Shown: positions 11,101-22,612 of the stretch, one piece after another
Position numbering within the stretch: the stretch's first letter is position 1
Layout: every line of letters begins with the position of its first letter
NCBI GenBank assembly: GCA_963794945.1
Contig: CAWCFT010000002.1
Coordinates: 117,581-181,580 of the forward strand
DNA: 64,000 nt
Direction of reading: 5' to 3'
Origin: Endomicrobiales bacterium
Lineage (GTDB): Bacteria > Elusimicrobiota > Endomicrobiia > Endomicrobiales > CAWCFT01
Notes under the pieces: generated by a model
Seen by the model: only the letters and a program-made list of their open reading frames with translations
Databases searched by the model: none
What the model was told of the DNA's origin: nothing
Made by a program: the position numbers and the translations under genes

Positions 11101-12587
11101 GCCGCGGGCGCTATCTTGAGGTAAACAAAGCATTTCTTAAAATGACCGGTTACACGCAGGAGGAATTAAATAAAACTAACTTCCGCGAGCTGACCCCACA
11201 AAAATGGCATTCAATTGACGCAAAGATCATCCGGGAGCAAATACTCAAAAGGGGGTATTCCGATGAGTGGGAGAAGGAGTATTTCAGAAAAGACGGGACT
11301 ACGTTCCCGGTTTCTATTAGAGTATGGGTCAACAGGGACGAAACGGGAAAACATACGGGCTTCTGGGGCATTGTACGGGATATAACAAAAAGGAAGGAGC
11401 TCGAAAGGATAAGCGCGGAAAACAAAGAGCGCTTTGAAGCTATTTTTAACTCGGTGAGCGATGCTATCATATATGGCGATACGCGGAGGAGGATAGTCCT
11501 TGCCAACCCTGCTTTTACCAGATTATTCGGCTATTCTTTTGACGAAGTAATAGGCAGGACAACGGAATTTTTGTACGCTGATAAAAGAGATTACCTGTAC
11601 ACGGGCAAGAAATATTATAACATGGCGGTTAAGATAGGAAACCAGGGATATGAAATGGCGTACAGGCGCAAAGACGGCTCGACTTTTAAAGGCGAGTCAG
11701 TTTCAACGTTAGTGCGGGGCCTCAAGGGCAGGATCGTGGGGTTTGTCGGCGTGCACCGCGATATCTCGGTGCGCAATGAGATCGAGGCCATCCTTAAAAG
11801 AGATAAAGACACTCTGGAAAGGCTTGTAAGTGAAAGGACGGCTGAACTATTGAAGCTCAGGCCGAAACTTGAAAAAGCCAAGCGCCTGTCCGACATAGGC
11901 ACCCTTGCTTCCACCGTGGCCCACGAACTGCGCAACCCGTTGTCGGTTATAAGAATTGCGCTTTTTAATATCAAGAAAAAAAGCCATAACCCTTCAATCT
12001 CAAAGAACCTGGAAAACATAGACAAAAAGATAAGCGAAAGCTCGCAGATAATCAATAACCTGCTTTTTTACGCCAGGATCCAGAGATCCGCCCATGAAAA
12101 TGTTAATCTTTTTAACATTATTTCCGAAATAGTAGAAAGCACTCTCAAAAGATATTCGAGACAGAAAGTTGAAATGGACTGCGACCTTGATCGCCTCAGA
12201 AATATGGTCATCGAAGCCGACCCGCTTCAAATGAAGGAAGTTTTCAATAACCTGTTGAACAACTCTTTTGACGCGGTTAGCGGCATAAAGGGGAAAATAA
12301 GAATACGCGGCGCAGCCGATGGCGACAGCGTCACTATAAACATCAGGGATAACGGGAGCGGCATTGCAAAGGAAGATATGGAGCATATTTTCGAACCATT
12401 CTTTACCACAAAATCAAAAGGCACGGGGCTTGGGCTGAGCGTCGTCCGCCAGATAATATCTCTTCATAACGGAGATATTAAGTTTAAGAGCAAAATGAAC
12501 AAGGGAACCGAAGTTTCCGTGACATTGCCGCTTAGCAGAGGAATTAATAATAGCCGCTTATCAACCAAAAAACAGTTCCGCGCATGA
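8134..12587 (+). CDS. CheB methylesterase-CheR methyltransferase-PAS-histidine kinase fusion, split by a frameshift near the G7 run at ~9694-9702
   Basis: CheB GASAGGLEA, VQHL, LSGTGTDG; CheR SVTTFFRDP, RIWVPGCSAGQEVYS, FRNVMIYL; NEELQS coiled coil; PAS domains; AHELRNPL, DNGSGI, FEPFFTTK, GTGLGLS. ORFs 8134..9729 and 9729..12587 are contiguous parts of the known fusion architecture. Confidence 0.88.
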
Positions 12588-12631
12588 TATGCCGTGAAAG
12601 ACGGTGTCATACTTCTCTTCACTAAAGTAAT

Positions 12632-12659
12632 TGGTGTCAGGCTTTACTAGTTGAACTAA
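12632..12659 (-). repeat. 28-bp inverted repeat, right copy (partner 7934-7961)
   Basis: tggtgtcaggctttactagttgaactaa. Confidence 0.75.
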
Positions 12660-12738
12660 AATAATGTTCAGATGTCAGGCGTGACTAATAGGACTTATTG
12701 AAATATGATGAAAATTAAAGAACTTAACGGAGGCGAAC

Positions 12739-13053
12739 ATGCGCTGGTACCATTACATTTCTTACTTCTTCGGGGGATTCTTTCTAGCTAACGCAATACC
12801 GCATCTCGGCATGGGGATAACGGGGCACGCCTTTCAGAGCCCTTTCGCGACGCCGTCCGGGGTGGGGCTGTCCACCTCTACCGTGAACGTGGTGTGGGGC
12901 CTGGGCAACCTTGTGATAGGCTACCTGCTTGTGTGCAAAGTGGGGAATTTCGAACTGCGCAAGACTTCGCACGCGCTTGCCCTGTTCGTTGGCATAGCGC
13001 TCTGTTCCCTAATGCTAGCCCGCGCCTTCGGCCGTTTCCACGGCGGCCTTTGA
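12739..13053 (+). CDS. Small membrane protein (3 TM), unknown function
   Basis: GGAGG RBS; NAIPHL..G..G..FQSPFA.P.G.GLS...NVVWG pattern; hydrophobic. Confidence 0.7.
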   Translation: MRWYHYISYFFGGFFLANAIPHLGMGITGHAFQSPFATPSGVGLSTSTVNVVWGLGNLVIGYLLVCKVGNFELRKTSHALALFVGIALCSLMLARAFGRFHGGL

Positions 13054-13091
13054 GATCGTTGAAAACCTCAAAACCATCTCAACTTTGCTAA

Positions 13092-13120
13092 TTGACATTC
13101 ATCTTAAAGAGTATTAAAAT
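13092..13120 (+). promoter_or_regulatory. Sigma70-type promoter for hicB
   Basis: TTGACA-N17-TAAAAT. Confidence 0.7.
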
Positions 13121-13156
13121 ATATCTCATAATATTGATGCACTGCTGGAGGGGCAA

Positions 13157-13327
13157 ATGAAATATCGAGTATTCATTGAAAAAGACGAGGATGGCGTATT
13201 TGTAGCCGAATGTCCGACTTTACCGGGCTGTATTTCACAAGGCGGAACAAGAAAAGAAGCATTGTTAAACCTTAAAGATGCCGCAAGGGGCTACATTTGC
13301 AGCCTAAAAAAACATACTGAAAAATAA
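13157..13327 (+). CDS. hicB: HicB-family antitoxin, 56 aa, no adjacent hicA (absent from the ORF track)
   Basis: MKYRVFIEKDEDGVFVAECPTLPGCISQGGTRKEALLNLKDAARGYICSLKKHTEK; GGAGGG RBS. Confidence 0.8.
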   Translation: MKYRVFIEKDEDGVFVAECPTLPGCISQGGTRKEALLNLKDAARGYICSLKKHTEK

Positions 13328-13401
13328 GGTAGCCTGAATATAATAAAGTAAGTACAAATCTCCCCGGCCTTCTTTTTAAAAGAGGGAAACAATCGTAATG
13401 G

Positions 13402-13431
13402 AAGGCAGATAGAATTTATCTGCCTTTTTTA
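13402..13431 (+). terminator. Intrinsic terminator
   Basis: aaggcagata-gaatt-tatctgcctt followed by T tract. Confidence 0.7.
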
Positions 13432-14853
13432 TTTCGATTTGAAAGTTTCTCACGCAAACTGTTATGAAAGAAATGGAAAGTTCTTACAATGCGGGCCACG
13501 TCGAAATGGAGCAGATAAAGAAAGACAAGAAACTGCTTATGTACTAATGTTTACAATAGACCTGAGAAAAGACGCGTATTAAATTGCTAAAATAGAGTCA
13601 GTATTTTTCTAGTTGTTAGGCGCGCCGCGAGAAGGCGCGATATTTTTTTGTATGTATTCATACACAAAGGAACCGTAAAGATGCTGGCAGCATTCGGGAA
13701 AACGGCGGCTTTATTTTTGACGGCTGCGGCAGTAATTATATCAGGCTCAATTTTCGCATTAGCTGGCTCAAAAGGTCAGTCAATAATAATTGACACTTCT
13801 ACCGCGCCGAGCAGCACCCGTGAGCTTATAATTTCGAATTCTCCCGATAAGTCGGGCCTTAAGCTTGGCATCGTTATCTACGGCCGCTCTGAAAGTTTGA
13901 TCGGGATCGCGCCTGCGGCGTCCGACGGCACGGTGGGGCAGGATGAACTGGAGTACCGCACGTTGTCGAGGCCCGGAGAAGTGCTTGAGACTGTTCCCGG
14001 TGTTATCGTCACCCAGCATAGCGGCGGGGGAAAAGCTAACCAGTTCTTCCTCCGCGGCTTTAATCTTGACCACGGTACCGACCTTGCCACATCCCTTGAC
14101 GGTGTCCCGCTCAACCTGCCATCGCACGCGCACGGCCAGGGGTATACCGACCTGAATATCCTTATCCCGGAACTTATCGAACGCGTGGATTTCCGCAAAG
14201 GGAATTATTACGCGGATGCCGGCGACTTTGCCTCCGCGGGCGCGGATGACATTCAATATGTTGATTCACTGCCGCAAACTTTGGTTCAGGTTGACGGCGG
14301 CAGTTACGGCTACAGGCGCGGGTTGATAGCCTCGTCACAACGCCTGGGCAGCGGGACACTTCTTTACGCGGCCGAGCTCTTCCATAACGACGGGCCGTGG
14401 GCCACACCCGATGATTATATAAAGAACAATATGCTGGTGCGTTACAGCCGCGGCGACGCCGCGCTTGGTTACAGCCTCACCGCGATGGAATATTCCGGCG
14501 CCTGGAACGCGACCGACCAGATAGCGCAGCGGGCACTTACGGAAATCCCGGGCTTCGGCCTGTACGATTCCCTTTCTCCAACCGACGGCGGAAACTCCCA
14601 CCGCTACGGCCTTTCTTACGAGTGGCACAGGAAAGACGCGCAGCCTTCGGCTAAAGTTCTGCTCTACAGCTATTACTACGACATGGACCTTTTTTCGAAT
14701 TTTACCTACTACCTCAACAGCCCTCAGGGTGACCAGATAGAACAGCAGGACAAGCGCTGGGTAAGCGGGGCCAAAGCGAGCCAGACATGGACCGGGACAA
14801 TAGCCGATTCTGAAATGGAAAACACTATAGGCCTTCAGTTCCGCAGCGACACA

Positions 14854-15390
14854 AATGAACCTCCGCGCAGCAAGACTGCGCGGTATCAAAGGTCAAAGAA
14901 ATTGAAGAGCTGTAGTTGCTTTATTTGCTCTTTGTTTCCCTGCTTTGCAACGTAGGCGCGAATCACTTCTTTATTGCCGCCTTCTCCTACTGTTGCTACA
15001 AAGTATCCGTCGCTCCAGAGTTCGCCGCCCCAAAGTTCCTTCTTTAACTCTGGATGTCTCCGGAAAAGCTCTCTCGCTGTCAAGCTTTTGATTAGTCTTA
15101 TTACTTGTCCTGGCGAGAACTTTGGCGCTACGCTTATCAGATAGTGGACGTGATTCGCGTCTATCCCTATCTGCTCAAACTCTATCTCGTAGCGCTCTTC
15201 AATTTCTTTGCTTATTTCAACGAGGCTATGACAGCGGTCAGAATGCCCGAATATAGCCTTCCTATATTTGACTGGCGTTACAAAATGATAGTGTATCTGA
15301 TACCCACTGTGCTCTGTCTTTTTGACCGCTCTCATAGCCTCTATTATACCTTAGCGGTAACCCCGCAGCAAGACTGCGGGGAATGGTCAA
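14854..15390. mobile_element. IS200/IS605-family element, tnpA only, ~537 bp
   Basis: Subterminal hairpins ccgcgcagcaagactgcgcgg (~14862-14883) and ccccgcagcaagactgcgggg (~15361-15381); removing it rejoins host codons F-R-S-D-T|V-Q-N-G; no target duplication; boundary ambiguous by 1 nt. Confidence 0.88.
14886..15335 (-). CDS. tnpA: IS200-family Y1 (HUH) transposase
   Basis: YHFVTPVKYRK, NHVHYL (HUH), LWGGELWSDGYFVATVG, IRAYVAKQ (catalytic Tyr). Confidence 0.95.
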   Translation of the reverse strand: MRAVKKTEHSGYQIHYHFVTPVKYRKAIFGHSDRCHSLVEISKEIEERYEIEFEQIGIDANHVHYLISVAPKFSPGQVIRLIKSLTARELFRRHPELKKELWGGELWSDGYFVATVGEGGNKEVIRAYVAKQGNKEQIKQLQLFNFFDL

Positions 15391-16488
15391 GTTCAAAACG
15401 GCTTATATCAAACCATAGACAGGGCGCGCGCCGACAAAGTCGACTACAGCGGCGCGGCGGTCCCGGCCGTAACCACGGCGGATGACATATGGGAACGCAG
15501 CATTTCGCCTTATATAGAGAACAAGGTTCTGGTGGTCGGAAAAATTTCGCACGGTGCTTGGTTTGCGGGCGGATTACTACACGTTTGATGTTAACAGCAG
15601 CCTGCCCGCCAATACGGGGAACACCGACTCTATGATGGCAAGCCCTAAAGCATCGCTGGTATTTGGCCCGTGGAACGGAGCGGAGTATTACGTAAACTGG
15701 GGGCTTGGCTTCCACAGCAATGATGCCCGCGGCGTAAACGAACATATTGACCCAACCGCAGGCACGGCGGCAGCCTCTGCCACGCCGCTTGTGCGCACGC
15801 AAGGCGCTGAAATAGGCGTCCGCGAAAAAAGGATAAAGGATTTGCAGAGCACGCTGACGCTCTGGTGGCTGGATATAGATTCCGAGCTTGTTTTTGACGG
15901 CGACCACGGCACCAGCGCGCCCAGCGCACCAAGCCGGCGCTACGGCGTTGAGTGGGCGAATTATTACACGCCGGGCGCGCGCCTCAGCATGGACGCCGAC
16001 CTCTCATTTTCCCACGCGGAATTCCTTCAAACAGTTGTTGACGCCGATACCGGCCTTGAGGGGCGCTATATTCCAGAAGCCGTCAACAGCGTTATCGCGG
16101 CAGGCGTTACTTACCACCAGCCGGACAACCGCGGATTTTTTAGCGAACTGCGCCTGCGCTATTTCGGCCCGCGCCCTTTGACGGAAGACAACAGCGTTGT
16201 TTCCGGAGCCGCGTGCCTTCTAAGCGCGAAAGCGGGGTATCATATTAACGAGCACTGGACCCTAACTTTAGAGGGATTCAACCTGCTTAACCGCACCGAC
16301 CACGATATCGATTACTATTACCCTTCTCGCCTTCAAAACGAGGCCGCCGGCCCGGATAACGGCGGCTATAACGACCTCCACTTCAAACCCGTTGAGCCAA
16401 CCGAGCTCCGCGTAACGCTAGCCGCGCGGTTTTAAGAAACTAATTGGTTTTGATGAGACATGTCCCGCCTGGTTCTTTTTAAGTGAAT

Positions 16489-16517
16489 TTGACTTCCTAC
16501 TGATGGTTTACTAAAAT
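16489..16517 (+). promoter_or_regulatory. Sigma70-type promoter for hicB-hicA
   Basis: TTGACT-N17-TAAAAT. Confidence 0.65.
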
Positions 16518-16557
16518 ATAGCTGTAAATAGTACAAAATGAAAACCAGGGAGCATTT

Positions 16558-16782
16558 ATGAAAACGAAATTTACCGTACTTATTGAAAAGGACGAAGATG
16601 GGATTCTTTTAGCTAAAGTTCCGGATTTAGCGGGATGTCATACACAGGCTAAAACGATGCCGGAACTTCTAAAGCGTATTAGAGAGGCAATAGAACTGTG
16701 CCTGGAAGTGAAAAAATTGCACCATGAAAAGGTGTCTTATCGTGAGTTTGTAGGTGTTCAACAAATCGAGTTTGCACAATGA
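16558..16782 (+). CDS. hicB: HicB-family antitoxin
   Basis: FTVLIEKDEDG...VPDLAGCHTQAKTMPELLKRIREAIELCLE...EFVGVQQIE. Confidence 0.88.
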   Translation: MKTKFTVLIEKDEDGILLAKVPDLAGCHTQAKTMPELLKRIREAIELCLEVKKLHHEKVSYREFVGVQQIEFAQ

Positions 16783-16913
16783 CAAGACTACGCCCTATTG
16801 CCGCGCGCGAATTATGTAAACGATTGAAGAAGATCGGATTTGTAATGAAAGGGCTATTCGCAAGTATCTTAAACGACATACAGGTATCATTAGAAGATTT
16901 TGAAAATATATAA
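16779..16913 (+). pseudogene. hicA: HicA toxin remnant with internal in-frame deletion, 44 aa
   Basis: ATGA overlap with hicB; MTRLRPIAARELCKRLKKIGFVM|KGLFASILNDIQVSLEDFENI keeps both terminal helices but lacks the GSH-containing core. Confidence 0.7.
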
Positions 16914-16997
16914 CAATAGTTCAGGTTTGTTTCTTAAGGCTAAAACATCCGAATAAATATCCTGAGACCGTGGAAAAGCCCAACGGTCTTTTTTTAT

Positions 16998-19465
16998 TTA
17001 TTGAAGTATTGTCACGGCGCTTTTATCGGCGGAAAGCGTTTCGGCTAGTTGAGGCGCGATGGTTTTCGCGAAGAAGATATCGGAATCCGGCTCAGTGCCG
17101 GCGGCTTTGGCGGGGAAACCGGCCGGGGCGCCGGATGGGTTTACTGAAAGGTATATCCACTTGTCGGCAAGCTGTTTGGTCTTTATGAGGTAAGTCTTAC
17201 CAAGTTCTATCCTTACAACCTTTTGCAGGTCCTTCATTGTCTTGAAAATAGCTTCGCCTTTTACCTGTGTTTCACCAGCCACAAGAGCGTTCACGCAATC
17301 GTCCAGCACAACTGCCTCGCCTTTGTGCCATTCAAGTTTTACTGTCCGGTTCCCGGTTTTGGCGGTAAGGGCGCCGTAATCGCTCGCGGCGCGGGCCTTG
17401 TTTTTCTCGGGGGCCGCGCGGCCAGCAGAGGCTATTTTTTCCGCGGTTCCGCCTTTAGCGAGGTGCGCCGCTCCGGGTTTACCGGGCCTCGCGGCTCTCG
17501 CGGCCTGGCCTTTATTGCTTGAACTGCCGCTGTGCTTTGATATCTTGGCGCGTATATCTTTTACCGAAGCGAGCGAGACGCCGCCAGAGATAAAGTAGGT
17601 ATAGCCCATCAGCGGGTAGCCTGCGGATGATATCATCTTGAAACACTCGGTTGTAGAGTTGAAGCGGCCCTTTTCTATGAACGGCAGGTTTGTCCTGTTC
17701 TTGAGGTTAGCCGTGCCCTTGTACCACGCCTCAAAATCCAGAGTGCGGGCGACGGGCTCTTTGGCGAGAAAATCCAGCGCGGAGGAATGTTTTTCTTTCA
17801 GCGCCATCATCAGACAGCTCCATTTGAGGAGCTCGTTAAGCTTGTAGTAGTAAGGCTCGTAATCCGCCACGGCGTAGTAGTGCTCGTCCCACCAGCCGAG
17901 GAACTCGCCGCTCTGGTAGTTGGGTTTGCTTTCCTTGCCCGGGTAGAGCGGGTCCGACGACGCGGCGTAAACCCTTGTGGAAACGGGCTCGAACGTTATC
18001 TCGCCGCCGTTTATGTCGAAGCTGTCCTGCCTCAAGCCGAACCAGAGCCGTGTTTTTGAGAGCTTGACGAAATCGTCCCAGTACAGCTTAGGCACCTTGA
18101 TGCCCGCGAGCGTTGAAAAGCCCGTGATACTGTTCTTGGGAGCGAGGCCGTTGTAGTCAAGCGCCCACAGCTTCGCGGTGAGGTCGGTGTAAAATAGTAT
18201 CATCGCGGCGTCCGTGCCTTTCATGCGGCCGTCATAGCGCGCCGCCTGGTAGGTGTTCTCAAGCTCCACCTGCTGAAGCACGGAATCAAGTTTGCCTTCG
18301 GCGCTGTTTTTGGGCGGGGTGAACTTCCTTCGGAATTTGAGCAGGGGAACTATACTCCCTGATGAGGCCACCCTGCCGGCTACGCTCAAAAGCTCAGCCG
18401 AGTTCGCGCCGATCATCTGCGAGAATTCTTTGTCCTGGCCGGCGGCGGCGAAACGCCCCGTCTTTTCCACGACACTTTTAATATCTTTCGATATCCCATT
18501 AAAATCGTAAAGCGGGTCGAGCGAGAAACCGACGTTGGCGTCCGTTTCGCCCGCGGGCGTGTACGGGTATATCTTTTTTAGCCGCGTCATTATGTGCAGG
18601 TATTTCACGCTGCCGGACTTGATGGCCGCCCTGAGCTGTTTATTGTTCTTAAGCGCCTCGTTGTATTTCTTTGAAAGGAAGAGCGCGTACTGCTTTTTGC
18701 GCTCCGCTTCATTTTCCGGCGGGGTATTAGTGATGTACGCCTGGTAAAGCGCGCGGCGTCTTCCAGCGACAGCGCGGCGTCCGGCCCGAACCTGTTCCTG
18801 CTGCCGCCGAGCGTTACGCTGTTCTTGTTTATCTTTACGCTGGTCAAAGCGTCCGCGTCCTTAAGGAATTGCCTTACGCCGTCGGCGTCAGCGGCCTCTT
18901 TTTCTACGTAGCCGTACTCCTGCGATAGCATGGTTTTGCCCGGTATCGCCCTGACAAAAGACACGCCAAGGCTGCCGCTCGCGATACCGCCGTCATAGCT
19001 GAAAAGGTAAACGTTTTTCGGCACGGGATCGCCCGCTGCCCTAAACTTATCGAAAATGAAGCCCTGTGTCAGTTTGTCGTCAACTTCGCCGCGAGGGACA
19101 AGCATGACGCAGTTGCCGTTCTCCAAAAACGCCGCCCTGCCGGGCGAGACCGTGAAACCGTACTTTTTCTTAAGCGCGCTGTAACGCATGTGGGCAGGCT
19201 GTCCGGTGATGTCGTCGGCTTCGTCCGCGGTAAAGCCGAGCGAGGCCAGGAGGCCGTAAAAGGCCCAGTCTTTCAGCTGTTCATCTTTTTCATCAGGAGG
19301 GAGCGTGTTGTAAAAATCCGTAAGGGAAGAGATGTCCACCGCCGACGGCGTGTAGCCGGTACAGCGGGCCTCGAAACCGGTTTGAGTAGCCGCGAAGGCA
19401 GGCAAAACAGCAAAGAGAACAACTGTCAGTATAGAAATGGCCGCGAGTGTTTTATGGTTTTTCAT
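16998..19465 (-). CDS. Large secreted hypothetical protein (~820 aa), split by a frameshift near 18750
   Basis: Signal peptide MKNHKTLAAISILTVVLFAVLPAFA; ORF 18605..19537 switches frame at SLEDAA into ALYQAYITNT..., which is continuous with ORF 16998..18608. Confidence 0.65.
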
Positions 19466-19517
19466 TTGGTTTGCTTGTTCCTGGGTTCGGTTATATTGGA
19501 GAGAACTGGCATATGGT

Positions 19518-20561
19518 TTATATTGATACGATGACACCAGAAATGCCGCCGGCCGGGCTCTTAACCGCCACGGCGCCGGCTGGTTTACCTGCTACCATAC
19601 CTTCAACCTGTTCGCCTGGCTTTTCGGACGCTTTTTTTACAAGCGGGAGCAGCGGGGAAAGTTTTTCCGCGTCGAGTATGTGCTTGCCAATGATGCCGGC
19701 TGCGCCGGTTGTCAATATATCCTTAGCGGCGGAATTGATGGAAAGCACTTTATTTTCGGAGTCAAATACGATGGTACCGCGCGAGTTCGCGTTCACAAGG
19801 CTGTCTATAACGGCTTTCGAACTCTCAAGTTCTTCAGCGCTCGCGCCCGGTTTGCCGCTCGAGGCCTTGTCCAGCACGCTGTTGACGAGCCTTTGAAGCT
19901 CTCCGAACTCGCCGTCCGGGGCGTTATCGGGCAGGCGGCCGCTTCCGCCGCCGAGGTCCAGCGACGCAAGTCCGTCCCGCAGGCTTTTGAAAGAAGGGTA
20001 GGCCATGCAATATATGAATAAAAAGAACGCTGCGGCCGCGAGTATGAATATTATGAGCGCGGTGAACAGGACCTTCCTTCCGCTGGATGTTACGGAATCT
20101 TCCAGTTTTTGGGACGAGATGCCCACGCACAACGTCGTGGACGATGTAAGCGGCATTGAAAAGAGGTAACCTGTGGGTATGCTTTGCCTCAAGGCGCTTT
20201 TTGTCTCCACCGCCCTTTTGGCCGTGTCGTCGGAATATGTTTTGCCCCATTCGGAAGTGGTGTTGTGCGTTATAACCCTGCAGCTGTTGTCGAGTATGTA
20301 CACGGCGCTGACGTCTTCGATCTTCATTATGTTTTCAACTTTGGCAAGCATGGTTATGTCGTCGCGGGAAGCGATCGCCCTGGTAAGGTCGCCGGCCGTG
20401 AGGCTGAAAATGGTTTTTACCCTGTCAAATTCGTTGACACGGAGAAGTTTTTCCTGCAGGGGGATGAGCTCGGCGGAGTAAAAATACAGGAGCAGCGCCA
20501 AGACCGCCAGCATCGAAAGAAGGAAGAGTTTGAAAAACGAACTTTTGAAAAGTTTGCCCAT
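19518..20561 (-). CDS. Membrane sensor-like protein (TM-periplasmic domain-TM-HAMP-PAS) with no output domain
   Basis: Two TMs; HAMP-like DGEFGELQRLVNSVL; PAS-like GTIVFDSENKVLSINSAAKDIL; ends without a kinase domain. Confidence 0.7.
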   Translation of the reverse strand: MGKLFKSSFFKLFLLSMLAVLALLLYFYSAELIPLQEKLLRVNEFDRVKTIFSLTAGDLTRAIASRDDITMLAKVENIMKIEDVSAVYILDNSCRVITHNTTSEWGKTYSDDTAKRAVETKSALRQSIPTGYLFSMPLTSSTTLCVGISSQKLEDSVTSSGRKVLFTALIIFILAAAAFFLFIYCMAYPSFKSLRDGLASLDLGGGSGRLPDNAPDGEFGELQRLVNSVLDKASSGKPGASAEELESSKAVIDSLVNANSRGTIVFDSENKVLSINSAAKDILTTGAAGIIGKHILDAEKLSPLLPLVKKASEKPGEQVEGMVAGKPAGAVAVKSPAGGISGVIVSI

Positions 20562-20622
20562 GTGGGAACATTATACCAAAAATTCTTTTGATTTTTAAAC
20601 CAAAAGAATATATAATCGTGGC

Positions 20623-20974
20623 ATGGCTGTATATGAACTGGCTGTCAACGGCAGGAAAACCGGCGTGAAGGTCAACAAGGCCGACAGCTTCGCTGGCAAG
20701 GTCGCTGGGCCTGATGGGAAAGCCGAGCGCCGACCCCGGGCTGCTACTAACCCGCTGCGGAAGCATCCACACTTTTTTCATGAAAACTTCGATCGACGCT
20801 GTTTTTATCGACGAGGACGGATGCGCGGTAAGGCTTATGCCTCTTTTGAAGCCGTGGAGGGTAGTGATGCCGGTGCTCGCGGCATTAAGCGTTCTGGAGC
20901 TCGCGCCGGGCGCGATATCGAAACTGGGCCTGCGCGAGAACGATGTTTTAACGCTTATCCCGCCAAGTCAATAG
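20623..20974 (+). CDS. DUF192 family protein, frameshift near 20700
   Basis: KADSF...LGLMGK...GLLL..CGSIHTFFMKTSIDAVFID...LKPWR...VLELAPG. Confidence 0.8.
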
Positions 20975-20986
20975 ATCAAACCGCGT

Positions 20987-22587
20987 TCAACGATAGATCA
21001 GCTGGCCGGGCTTTTTTATTCCTTCGATATGGCTCTGGGCGTGCTTGAGCTTTTCCCTGAAAGCGTCTTTCCTAAACTGGCTCTTCCACTGTTTCAAAAT
21101 TATCCACCCGCCGAAACGCATAAGGTTGTTTCGCCACCGCCTGTACCAGCGCATCCATCCGGCAGTGATGTTGTGAAGGAAGAAGACTATCGCCGGGAAC
21201 GAGGCGACGTTGAGCGCTATAAGGAACAGGTATTTGAACTGGTAGAACTTGCCCATCACGACCTTCGCGGCGGTTTGCATCTCTTCCGCGCTTAAAGGCT
21301 CGTCCGGAGCGAAAAGGGGGAAGTTGCCGTCATAATACTCCCAGTTGAGGTCGCTTAAAGGGTAGAGCCTGCCCTCCTCCATAAGCCTCTGCCGCAGCTC
21401 TGCGCCCGGCAGCGGCACCGGCAGGAGCACCTGCACGGTATCTATTTTCGCTTTCTTTATAAAGCCGCGGTAACGCTTTATCCTCTCCTCTATTCCCATC
21501 CTGAAAGGAGCGGCGCCCGCGTTAGGGTAGCCGAAAATGAACATACCGTGAACGAGGAAACCGTGCCTTTGGTACTCGCGGGCGTAAGCTACCATGTCTT
21601 CCGGGCGGAGCTTTTTGTCCATCGCCTTGAGTTCCTCTTCGATAGGCGACTCGAAACCGATGGCGATGCCGTCTATTCCCGCGCGGCGCATGGCTGACAG
21701 CAGTTCGTTATCCATAGCCTTGTCGAGCCGTATCTGTACAAAAAGGCCGAGCTTTCTGCCTATGTCCATCTGGTACTTTTCGAGCATCCCGCAAAGCCTT
21801 ATCGTCTCTTCCCTCTGCTGGCCGAAAAGATCGTCAACGACAAAGAACTCTTTCGCGTTACGGGTTTCCACAAGGGTGCTGACGCGCTCCATGAAACGTT
21901 CCGATGAAGAGTGCCTCGGCCTGCCCTTAACGGTGCAGAACTCGCAGTTCATGCCGCAGCCGCGTATCCTCTCTATGGGGTAAAGTTTTATGTCCGCGGA
22001 GTAGCGCACCAGTGAAAAATCGGGGAGGGGAAGCTTTTCGAAATCCGTCATCTGTTCGCGTTCCTGCGTGTAGTGGACCTCATCGTTCTCAAGGTAGGCT
22101 AAACCGCGGATAGCGCCGACACTTATATCATTTTCCAGCGCGCGCAGGAGCTCTTTGACCGTCTCTTCGCCTTCGCCGAGAACTATATAATCGATGCCCG
22201 ACCTGAGGCCCTCTTCAATAGTTTCCCGGACGAAATGCTGCCGCCGGCCACAACCTTAACACCGGCCTTCTTGTACAACAGAGCAAGCTTGTAAAGCCTT
22301 GGTATGGTGCTGGTAAGACCCCCGTAAAGACCGATGACGTCCGCCGGGCGTTTCTTTTGCAGGGCCAGATGGTCCATGCCGCCAAGATCATCCTGCGGGT
22401 AATACCTCTTGAGGTTGTTCTCATCTATAACTTCGGCGTCCCAGCCTTCCAGCTCTTTTACGGCTGTCGCTATGCAAACGGGCCCGAGCGCGGTGGTCCT
22501 CGCCGCCACGCGCGAATAAATATTCAACGCGGGATATGCCGGCACCACAAGCCTCATCCTGTGCCTTTTGCTTACTTTACCTGCCAT
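20987..22587 (-). CDS. B12-binding radical SAM protein, frameshift near 22230
   Basis: RGCGMNCEFCTV (CxxxCxxC), VVDDLF, IGFES, HGMFIFG; N-terminal B12-binding region (EVIDENN, VVAGG, GEGEET in the joining frame). Confidence 0.85.
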
Positions 22588-22612
22588 GATACCCTCCCCA
22601 TCGGTCATGAAA

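Larger units (their letters stand above)
13681..16435 (+). pseudogene. TonB-dependent receptor interrupted by an IS200-like element, with a further frameshift near 15527
   Basis: Plug motif RPGEVLETVPGVIVTQHSGGGKANQFFLRGFNLDHGTD; barrel resumes after the IS as VQNGLYQT...; ends with FNLLN...LRVTLAARF. Confidence 0.88.

Noticed and set aside
13440..13680. Cobalamin or other riboswitch before the TonB-dependent receptor
   Set aside because: No B12-box or other recognisable aptamer.
14854..15390. TnpB-carrying IS605 element or IStron
   Set aside because: The element has room only for tnpA and its end hairpins.
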